DNA of 64,000 nucleotides, from contig CM074511.1 of the NCBI GenBank assembly GCA_037379345.1, positions 49,296,862-49,360,861 on the forward strand, written 5' to 3'. The notes under the pieces are model-generated. The model was not told the DNA's origin. It did not search any database and worked only from the letters and a program-made list of their open reading frames with translations. The stretch's first letter is position 1, and each line of letters begins with the position of its first letter. A program made the position numbers and the translations under genes. Positions 52,771 to 64,000 of this stretch are shown here, piece by piece. The DNA comes from Perna viridis (Eukaryota).

Positions 52771-54054
52771 CTAACGAAAAGGTTCAAAGCAATGAACAGA
52801 AGGACTTTCTCATTCTTGACTCAAAGGTTAAACCAAAATCAGGCAGTTATGCCATTCAAATAACAAGAGTATCTACTCTTTGAACACTGAACTTTAATAT
52901 AATTAGTTCTGACTGATCTCTTGATAACCTAATGTTTATAAGGGTACCAGTTTCACAGTCAGAGCTGTCTGATCTTAATCAATATTCTAGTGATTAATTA
53001 TCACTTGTTAATTTGATGTTACATTAAACACTTTGATGATCAGAAATTGGCAAGAATGTCTTTGACCAAGATTAAATGGTCTGGCATGCAGAAAATGGAC
53101 AGAGTAAAGCCACAGTATGGACTTTGGTCACTAGGGACTTGGGGTGATCAATTTCACATCAAAGGATCAAATAGTAACTCTAGCATGATGAGCTTCTACC
53201 CAAAATATATCCTCAAATAACTTATTAATGAATGCCCTTGATATCTGATATTTGATTATTAAATGGATTATCAGTAAATAAACATAGTGTATTTCTTCAA
53301 TAGTTCAAAGGGAAATGTAACTAATTAATAAATTGATTAGCAAACCTGTAAATAAATATTTATCCAATGCCCAAAATTCAAAGAGAATATGGAACTTTTT
53401 GATAACTTATAATCTTTGCAATGGGGTGATAAATTACTTATGATTGAATCAAGGTTACCGCCCAAAGTTCAAGAATACCACAGAAAACAAAATCTTTCAT
53501 AACAATAAATAGACAACATAATTTATTATGCAATATCACCACATGATACATAGCACAAAAAATCAAAGCACTATGCACATTATCATTTGGCTCAATAAAA
53601 AAGCTAAGCCAAAATTATTTTTGTTAAATCAAAAGATATACTCAATGTTTTTTGCTAGCTGTAGTTAAATCCTAATATTATCAAGAATTTTAGAAATCTT
53701 CTCCAATCTGTTAGCCTTGATCTTGTATTATGTCAGGAGTTTTTACCAATCAAGTCCCAGCAGATGCTGCACCATCACTACAATAATTGTGTAATAGGAA
53801 GCATATTCTTCACATTTTCTATTAAAAACTCAGCAGGAGTTTCTTGTGTTCTATGCAAAAAATTGACTACAATGTTATGCAGATAACAACAGTTAGGCAA
53901 AGCATATAGTACATCTTAAAACAGGCCACTAATGTACATATTGTTAATACATGTATACTTAAATTTGGTCATTAAGACACAAACCAAACTACATACCTAT
54001 AGAACCACACACCATAAACACACAAGATTAACAGAATACAGAAAACAAAAGCAA

Positions 54055-54535
54055 ATACTGGTAAATATATACAGGGTAAAGACTGTACATACAGAATAAA
54101 ACAGTACACTGGTAAATACATATACAAAGCAAAGATTGTACACTGGCAATTATATATACAAAGCAAAGACTATACACTGGCAAATATTTATACAGGGCAA
54201 AATCTGTACACTAATGAATATATATACAGGGTACTGGCTGTACACGGGTCAATGCATATACAAGGTAAAGGCTTTACACTGGTAAAGATATATAAAGGGT
54301 AAAGACTGTACACTTGCTAAAACATATACAGGGCAAAAACTGTACACTAATGAATATATATACAGGGTACTGGCTGTACATGGGTAAATTCATATACAAA
54401 GTAAAGGCTTTACACTGGTAAACATATATAAAGGGTAAAGACTGTACACTGGTAAACATATATACAGGGTAAAAACTGTACACTGGTAAATATGTATACA
54501 GTGCAAAAATGATAAACATGCTAATATATACAAGG
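54055..54535. repeat. ~34-bp diverged minisatellite with a 136-bp (4-mer) higher-order duplication
   Basis: Unit tacactggtaaa(c/t)atatatacagggtaaagactg. The block at 54191 recurs at 54327 with shared variants (ctaatgaat, gtactggctg, aggcttt). Confidence 0.9.
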
Positions 54536-54680
54536 TGTAAAGGCTACTACACTATATGACACAAGAAAATAAAGAACATATTTACCGGTTAACTAATTAG
54601 GAAGTATAATAGGCATGAGTTGTAAGAAGAACGTTACAAACCAAGCACCATCATGATATGCAGCAAAGTAAAGTAAAGTG

Positions 54681-55589
54681 AACAACAGGCTACCAGGAGC
54701 CTGAATCACTCACCTGCTTAAATTTTTTGCTTTTCAAGGGCAATAACTAAAAAGGAGTTGTCCGACAATTTTGACTCAAAGAAGACTTTGGTAAGGCTTA
54801 TCATTAGGATCTTTTCAGCAGCTGAAAATTTCTTTCTATCATAGTTTTCAAGATATTGACTGAAAACTGTAAACATAAAAAATTTTTCACCTTTCAAGTG
54901 CAATAACTCTAACGAGGAGTTATCTGACAACTTTGACCCAATGCAGACTTTTGCTGGTCTTATATTGAGGATCATATCAACAATTGATAGCATTCAGCTA
55001 AACCTAATGGTGATTGAGATATATGCAAAAAACTTTTGTCTGACCCCTATGTTCTATTTTTAGTAACAGCAACCATCTTTTTTAACAGATTAAAAATCCT
55101 CATTACCATTCCATGAAGAACACTCTACGGAACATTCATACCAAGTTTGGTTTTAATTGGTCAAAAAGTTTCAGAGGAAAATAATTTTGAAAGAAATAAC
55201 ATTAAAAATAGCAAAAATTGTTGAAAATGGGCAATAACTCCAACATGACTTGACAGATTAAAATGAAAATTTACCACAGATAGATCTCATCAGGCTGAAC
55301 ACTTTTACCCATGTATTCAGCTTAACCTAAAGGTTTTGGAGACATATGTGAAAAACTTCCATCTAAACCCTATGTTCTATTTCCAGTAACTGCAACCATG
55401 TTTTTTTCAAAAATCCCCATAAACCATTCCATGAAGAACACCGTAAGGAACATTCATACCAAGTTTGGTTCTGATTGGTCTTGTAGTTTCAGAGGAGAAG
55501 AGTTTTGAAAAATTGTTAACGATGATGACGCCGATGGACACCAAGTGATGGTGATAGCTCACATGGCCTATGGCCAGGTGAGCTAAAAA
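54681..55589 (-). mobile_element. HINE (Helentron-associated element), longer copy with extra internal subunits
   Basis: Same termini as 47571-48184 (aggctaccaggagcct / ctcacctg at one end, tagctcacatggcc-tat-ggccaggtgagcta at the other). Internal block ccctatgttctattt...ccattccatgaagaacac...cattcataccaagtttgg is present twice. Confidence 0.85.
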
Positions 55590-55941
55590 GCATGTTGATC
55601 AATTCTATATAAGGATATAACAATAAGTAAGTCATACCATATTAATTTTTTGCCTTTTCTTTATCAAAATCAATAAAATACATGATACAACCTTGGTGAT
55701 ATAAAATACTGATTATTAATTTATGTAATACAAGAGATATACTTAAGTCAATGATGAAATAAATATACAAGAAATTCCCTGTTGCTTGGAACATGGTCAT
55801 CATAATGGACATTTAGGACTATTTTCTCATTATAATTTACATGTGTTCATATAAATCATTAAATCTGCTGTATAGTCTTTTTACATTTTGTGAATTAAAA
55901 ATTTTAAATCAACTTATAACATACAATTAATAGTACAACAT

Positions 55942-56302
55942 GTATCACATCTTGACAGTATCACATCGAGACAGCATCAAATCTTGACAGTATCACATCT
56001 TGACAGCATCAAGGCTTGACAGTATCACATCTTGAGAGTATCAAGTCTTGACAGCATCAAATCTTGACAGTATCACATCTTCACAGTATCAAGTCTTGAC
56101 AGCATCAAATCTTGACAGTATCACATCTTGACAGTATCAAGTCTTGACAGCATCAAATCTTGACAGTATCAAATCTTGACATTATCACATCTTGACAGCA
56201 TCAAGTCTTGACAGTATCACATCTTGACAGTATCAAGTCTTGACAGCATCAAATCTCGACACTATCAAGTCTTGACAGTATCATTCTTTGACACTACACA
56301 TC
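55942..56302. repeat. 16-bp minisatellite, ~22 copies
   Basis: Variants cttgacagtatcacat / cttgacagtatcaagt / cttgacagcatcaaat. Confidence 0.95.
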
Positions 56303-59300
56303 TAAATGTGATACAAGTAATTGTACCTTAACAAGCCTAACATAATGTATATAGCTGTTATTTTTTATAGTATTAAAATGAAAATATTTGATAAAATAAT
56401 AAGTTTAGTACAAGTACAAGTTGAGTACATGCATATGGACAGATTTTTCAGTCTGACAAAATCAAATGATCTTTTTAATTCAATTTTGTAATCTCATGAT
56501 GCAGACAAGCACATAATTTCTTTTTATTATAAGTGACATGAAGACCTCATCAATATAGATTACAGACAAGCGCTACTTTATAACGAAGAAATTTTGTGGC
56601 TTGCCCTAACCATATGTATGAGTTTTTTGGCACCACTGAATCTATACATAGGGTCAACACTCTTGAAACATTACAAGTATTTCAGGTGGGCAAGTTAATA
56701 TAATCTGATACAGAAGCATTCAAAATATCATAACCAAAATATCATGATTACCCTGGGTGGTCTACATATGAATATACCATCTTCAAAAAACACATTTATC
56801 CTATATCACACTTTGAAAAATATTCATTTTATCTAGATTATTCTAAATAATACCAAAACTGAGTAGCCTATAATACATAGGATTTAAGAAGAAAATTTCA
56901 ATATCTTAACCATGATTTAAATCGTTCTAATAAATCAAATTTCACAGCCGACCAGCAATCAGTCCGATCTAATTGAAATGAAAACTGCAAATCAAATACT
57001 TAAAATGTTGAGATTGTGGTCTTTATTTCCAACTTTATTAAATTTTAAAATTCATTTTCAATATTCATATCTGAAGATTGTTGTAAATTGCTTGTCACAT
57101 CAATAAAATCTATCCTTTCTTTGGAGTAAATTAATACTTATGTATGCAACCTTGCTTTATAAGAAATTATCTCTATCTTAAGTACAACCATGACACTGCA
57201 ATAATACAATTATATTCCATTCAATACTTTGGCAATATTACTTTTGTATGAAAACATCAAGCCAACATTAAAAATAATTACATCTATTGTAAAAAAGATC
57301 TCAAATCTATGCCATGTTATACTTTATTTTCAATATAGACATGATACAATCAACCACTTCAGAACATAGACCTACATAAGAAAAAAATGACCTTGTTTTT
57401 TTTTCAATTGAACTGCAATACATTTGTATTACTTGAAATCATGTGAAATAACAGCTGTTGTCATATGAATTTACAGGGAGGAAGGCAAAGCTGATATTGA
57501 TGTAAACAAACCCATTTAACTAATTCTCAACCAAGATTTTATCTGCAGGCCAAAATCTAGTGAAAAAAACTTTCGTTAGGACTTAAAGTGACATGACACT
57601 AAACCTGAAGATGTTCAAACTTGGTCCATTCAAGCCAAACTTACAGGAAAAGACATTAAAGGTGGATTTATAAAACTGACATTTGAACATGTGGAAGCTG
57701 AACTGTACTGGAGGACCAAATCCAATTTGGATGCACATCAGGATCAGCTCATAATTTTTCGACAAGTTTATTTTCATCTACTTTTCTAAATAGGCCAATA
57801 TACTAAATGCTAATGTCATTATATGTGCAATTATATGAAAGCCAAACATATAATTGGTAACCAGCACTTTTAAAGAGCATTAAAGCATTAAAACATTTCA
57901 AAAATACCAAACCAAAAATCTGAGAAGCTGAAATGATATAAAATTACAGGTTAGGGAAGTTTACATGTTGGGGAAGGTTACAAGCAAAAATGCACTTGAC
58001 AATCTTGACAAAGAAAAGCAGACTAATACTATAAACAGGACAGGAAGCATGAACTTTACTGACGTAGCAAAATAAAAATATCAACTTTACTGTGATTTAT
58101 ATCAGCTGACAAGTGCAAGATAAATTGAAGGCAAAAATTTGACACCTTTTCCTCCTTTTCAATTATAATTCACATTTTTTATTAGAAATTATGCAAATTT
58201 TTCTATATAAGTAACAACAGATCTAGAACACATTTCTCTAATTTCAATTTAATGTGTTTATGTTTATTTCCTGATCATATGTTTATATAAGAAATGTGAA
58301 TGAATAAGATATAATTATATTTGCATATATCATAATTAATTTGTAGTCATGATATAGTTATAAACTGTGTTAGATGTCAGCATCCTTGACTTTTAAACTG
58401 TTAAAGGTCATGTCTAACTGACAAACTGTGTAATGTATCAGATTACTAATGGAGTCTACCTTCCGCTTCTGGTTGTCAGTAAATACTTGTCACAAAACCC
58501 TAATAAGAGGATATCATAAAAACCTATAGGACTCAACTTCATCCTTTTTGTATGGAATGCCATTAAACTGTGTCACACATAAACTGTCATGCGTTTTTTG
58601 CCATCATAAGAGTGACCTGTCTCCTTCAGTACTGATTGCTGATACATGTGTTAAAATTTTCAATAAGTACCCAATAGGCCCATAGTACCATCACATGTAG
58701 GTAAAAAATATCTAATTAATCACACAGATTTTATTTTTTCATGCTTCTTGTGAAATGAGAGATAATAACAGCCATATTTCACGCTTAAGTGACAAGTTCA
58801 GAAGCCAAAATAAAGTGTATAGCAATTTTACAAAGTTTCTTTCAAAGTAAACTTGATAAGTCAGGTTTTGCTATTTTGTCTTTTTATCTCATTTTAATAA
58901 AAAGATAAAACTATAATTGAGGCAATACATAAAGTAATTTCAAGGTTGATATCTTTAGACAAGCTAAAAAATTACAGAGATGAAAGTATTTCAATTACTC
59001 ATAATCTTGACAAAACCCAGATTACCGATAACTGATTATTACAGATAGGAGAAAGGGAGATAACTCTAGATAAATTGTTGGGTATCAACTGGAAGGTGTG
59101 TGTTGCTATAATTTTACAGATAAATATAGCACTTCGGTGATATCATCTGTTAGCATTGAAGTCTGACAGAGGGTGGTAATAATTGCTATGCTAATGTAGT
59201 TGTAATTAATCTAGAAGAATTTATCAGGGGTTAATCTACCAGCTCTAACATAGACCTCTAATGATGTAAGGTTGTATAACCCTAGTGATAAATACCCTAA

Positions 59301-59418
59301 ATTATCTGATAATTCAAATTGTTTAAGACACTCAACTACCAGGGCTTGTCTAGCAGTATGTTTTACCTCACTTAGCTAAGTACTGTTTTAAATGTGTTTT
59401 AGTGAGGAAAAAAATAAA

Positions 59419-59789
59419 CTCAATGGCCCTAGGAGAAAGGGCTCAGAATGGCCCTAGGAGACAGCTCATAATGGCCATAGGAGACTAAGCTCAGAATGGC
59501 CCTAAAAGACAGAGCTCAGAATGCCCACAGAAGACAGGGCTCAGAATGGCCCTAGGAGACAGAGCTCAGAATGGCCCTATGAAGCAGAGCTCAGAATGGC
59601 CCTAGTAAACAGTGTTCAGAATAGCCCTGGGAGACAAAACTCAGAATGACCATAGGAGACAGAGCTCAGAATGACCCTAGGAGACAGCTCAGAATGGCCA
59701 TAGGATCCCTGAATGGCCCTAAAAACAGAGCTCACAATGGCCCTAGGAGACAGAGCTTAGAATGACCCTAGGAGAGAGAGCTCAGAATG
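59419..59789. repeat. 25-bp minisatellite, ~15 diverged copies
   Basis: Unit gagctcagaatggccctaggagaca. Confidence 0.95.
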
Positions 59790-62700
59790 CTTATATACAA
59801 AACTATAAGAAAATTTCTAAATCTTTGATTTAAAATTGTGATTTAATTTCATGATTTCATTATCATTTGACACTTGACCAAAATAACTGAAATCTAATTC
59901 ATGTCTTTATACAGATTATAACAGACAGAAGAGATTAGAGGAAGGATAGATAGGGTGTGTTCAATCCTTAAGTCAACATTTCCCAATCAAAAGCAATACT
60001 TGGTATTATTACATGAACCTGCACTAAGGGATAATAACAGAACAACCATTTCATGTCTACAGCTGATTTTTCTGTCGTCTTTAATCTTCATGTACTGTTA
60101 AATATATTTGAATAATACATCAAAAAATGAAAACATCAAATACATTTGATTAAACACACTAAAAAAATAATATCCTTACTAATCCCCCTTTTCCATCATA
60201 TTAAGTCCTTTTTTCATATTCAAATGTAGTTTCGATAAAATTGACATTTGATAAGACATTTGAACGTCTGTTTGAATAATTTAATTTCTATCAGTTTGTT
60301 ACTATTGGCTCAGATTAAAAGATCAATAATTTTCAGTAATATCTTTTTTTTTAACATAATAAGAGGTTGTACTTGACACATTGTCCTTACAAGGCAAAAC
60401 AGTTATCTGTCAATTTCGAAGTCCCATCTGTTCTGTTATTCTATAAGAGGCCCGGTGAAATAATTTAATTGGTAATTGGGAACCAGTTAATTAAGAAAAT
60501 GCATTAAAACATTAATAATTGATGAATCAATATTCATCCAAATCACTGTGCATGGCTAGGCATTTTCTCTCCATTATATTAAGTATGAAAAAGAAAGATT
60601 ATTTTTACATTTGAATGTGTATATGATTAATATTGCATGGGCTTATAACATATTTTATATCAATTCTAATCTGGGAGAGAAATGAAACTGCAAAAACTTA
60701 GCATTTAAAACAATTTAGATGAAGCTATTCATAAATCACATGGGGTTACCTAACTGATAGTGTTGTTTACTCGGTGTTCCTGACTTGTGCAACTGATACT
60801 GAAAGGCTTTTGATAAAGCAATCAGAGCAATGGATCTTAAAAGCAGAAAATATTAATGAATTTAACAGGTGTATTTTTTAAAGGTCTCTAGATTCAAGAC
60901 ATAGTAATGAAGTGCAATTGGTGAGAAATCAGCTTAAAGTATCTCCAATAAATGCATCAAACTAACCTTAAAAACTTTTACTTCATGATCAATTTATTTT
61001 TGCTAATTCATATGTAAGAAAAAAATTGCTGCAAATAATTCCCTGCATTATGGAATACATCAATTAAACTGAAATGAATATCATTGAAATGATATATTCT
61101 GAAATGTACAAAAAAGTATCTGCGAAAAAACTGGTTGGTCGAGGGAAACTATACATTGTCACTTCAGTCAAAATATGCAGATAATGTGTGTATGTATTGT
61201 TTTTTTACAAAAAAGTGGAAAAAAAACTTCAATATTACTTGCCCAAGATTATCTTGTCAACAAACATGAACTTATGACCATCAGGGTCATGACTACAGCA
61301 AACAGATATTTTTTTATCTGGCCTAAAAGTGTGTAGCATGACAAATCAACAATAAGCCAGGATTAAGCAGGGGTGATGAGTGACAATAAAGTCAGTCATC
61401 TCAAGCAATCTGCCACATGGCCGCAACATGCACCTGCCCTCTTCTTGTATGCAAATCTCTTCATTTTGATTGGTCAGTTTTCATTCCAGCATCACCCTCT
61501 CCAGTGAAATGTGACATATCATTTATTTTGTGTATTGATTAGAAAATAAAAGGAATTTAAAAGAAAACATAGAATATTCATGATTTGTAACGATTTGATC
61601 AACCTAATAGTTTTTTTTTTATAATGGTAACCATAAATGTTTCCACCTTACAGATCATACTTAACTTCATAAAGACTTCAATAAATTCATCAAATTTAAA
61701 AATCTTCAAATACCATTTAAAAGACATTAAATAATCATTATCAAGATCATCAACCTTTCACAGTCATTTTCATTAAACAAATTATCTAATATTCAGACTG
61801 GTTAGAATGATTTTAAATAATCTGAATGATAATAACACAATTTTAAGTCAAAATTATTGCCTATCAGAACAAAAGGCAAACTGTATGAGGTATTGTAAGA
61901 AAAATTTATTCATACCAAAAATCATGTTTCCATTTTCTGGTGTTTTTTCTCATGATCTTTTTTTTTTTTGAATCCATCTGATGTTTTGCAATGCATGAAG
62001 TTCTGACCATAGTGACCTTGCAACACCACTGTTCTTAGATACTGATCAGCTTCTGTGATCATCTTGTTAATGATGACATTTTTCACAATTTTAAGGAGTT
62101 AACTTCAAATAACCAACATAAAATGCACTTCTTCCAGATTTCTGTCTACTAGAATGTAAAATAATGATCATTTTGTAGTCATATTCTATTACAAAACCAA
62201 ATCACCAGGGAGTCACTATATAAATACATTGGGCAATACACATCAGACAGCTTTTGGTTTTTTACAAGTCGTTTTCAATTTCAAAGTCATTTCCTGGGCT
62301 ATCGCTTTAATTGATATAGCAGAAAATTAGGTGGCATCTGGCATTAAAAAATAACAAACTTATAATGAAAACCATGATGTAGAACTGTGTTTGACAAAGT
62401 TTACAAAATTGTATGTCAATGAGGTTACCCAAGGGGTTCATCCATAGCTGACTTTAAAAATCAGAAACTATTTAGGATTCCTGTTGTAATCACATTAATT
62501 ATGGTAATTCGCATTATAATACAAATAAAGCAAGAAATGCAAAATTAAACCTTATTAAAAAAAATAATTATATCACTACACTGAGCACTCTTGAACAAAA
62601 AATGGAATACGATTAAGAAAGTAAACAGACCTTGAGATTTTCATTTTCAAGCATTTGGCATTGGGGACTTGGGAAGTATGACCTCTTTTAAAGAGTTTTA

Positions 62701-64000
62701 AGTTCAACAACTCACCAACAAGTTTCATCAAAAAGAAAACACACATAAAACCAATTAGAAAGAATAGCTTTATAAAGTCTGACAGAGCGACACGTGAAAG
62801 AAAATCACCTTTTTAAAGATAAGTTTAATAACTCAGGACAAAATATTCCTTTACAGACCTTGAAACCATTAAAAGACCCATGTTGGGCTTGAAGCAATTT
62901 TGACAAGATGTTTAAATTATAAGACACTTGTCGGCACCATTTTATACTTTTATTGAAAAATTGAGGGTAGCAGTAAGATTCTGCAGTGCTGGGTACCAGG
63001 ATATAGGTATGAGGATAGAGTAGTTCCAGTCACCAACCCAACTTATGCTGAGGTTGTTGAGAAAAGTAATAAGAACTGTAATTATTAAAATCACTTTTTT
63101 CCTTCAACATACTAAACTGGTTCTCTTTAAAAAAAAAAATCATGCCTTGATCTAAATCCATTTTTGTATCACACTAATTACAAAACATGACTAATCTATT
63201 TTTATAAAAATGTCAAGCAAAAATAAATAAATGACACATTTCTCTGATTCCATGGTTCAACTCAACTTAATTAACTGTATGTAGAACTAGGAGCAGTGAA
63301 CCATTTGTCTTAAGCCAACATCTTGCTTAAAAGTATGCCAGTGATCTATTGATCAAGGTCAATCACCTACATCAATATCTAAATTGATGTCAGACCTATG
63401 ATAGATCTGATGGCCTTATTATCTAACAAACCATTAGGGAACTTTATACCTATCTAGATTCTTATAAAGCCTTTCACAGTAATTGACAAAATCAAAATTA
63501 TTGACATGATTCCAGCTCTTTTCATGACAAATCCCTTAGGTACCTCAGAATATCAAATATTAAAGCACTAAATGAAATAACTCTCCACATATTTTTCATA
63601 TTAAAAATAAAGATAAGACAAACATACACATCCTGTCAGAATCAAGATGTACTTCAAATTTTTCCTGTCCTGATTTTTATGAGGAAGCTTTACAAAAAAT
63701 ATGCCCTCGATTCGTGTCAAAAATTACCAATTTCTTATCCAAATATGATTTTTAATACTTTTAAGTCAAGAGTGCTTTTGACAGAAAGAAGGTGGAAGTA
63801 ATATACATCTTAATGTTCCCTTGTAATGGAACAACACAAGTAATTAATTCAAGCATCTTTTGATTTCAATATACATGTTGACATAAACCCAGACTTTAAA
63901 AAAAGTCATGCCATCAATGTATATACTGTTACATACAATAAAGAGACTCACCAAAGAAAACTTGGGTTACATATTAAGAGAACATTACAAGTGCATAGAC

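Noticed and set aside
53972-54519. Tyr/Cys-rich ORFs on the minus strand
   Set aside because: They are a by-product of the 34-bp minisatellite and adjacent low-complexity sequence.

Overview
This is AT-rich, visibly CpG-poor eukaryotic DNA with no recognisable intact protein-coding gene, rRNA, tRNA gene or CRISPR array. The repeat content suggests a bivalve mollusc, possibly Mytilus-like (inference). The window reads as a large intron or gene desert. It contains Helentron-associated (HINE-type) non-autonomous elements, two 3' fragments of a Penelope-like (Naiad-type) retroelement, a tRNA-derived V-type SINE and several MITEs. It also contains four copies of a TTAA-bounded 395-bp element and at least seven unrelated minisatellites, several with higher-order structure. 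The most notable items are: (1) a full-length, TSD-flanked ~503-bp retroposon (35298-35800, minus) with a densely folded, possibly pseudoknotted non-tRNA 5' head; (2) two unrelated TTAA-bounded families sharing an exact 'TTAA-13 nt-TAAGAATCA' end architecture; (3) a multi-stem RNA structure directly after the Penelope-like ORF; (4) a minisatellite derived from a SINE relic; (5) three minus-strand candidate micro-exons that splice in frame. All calls come from reading by eye. No database search or folding program was run.
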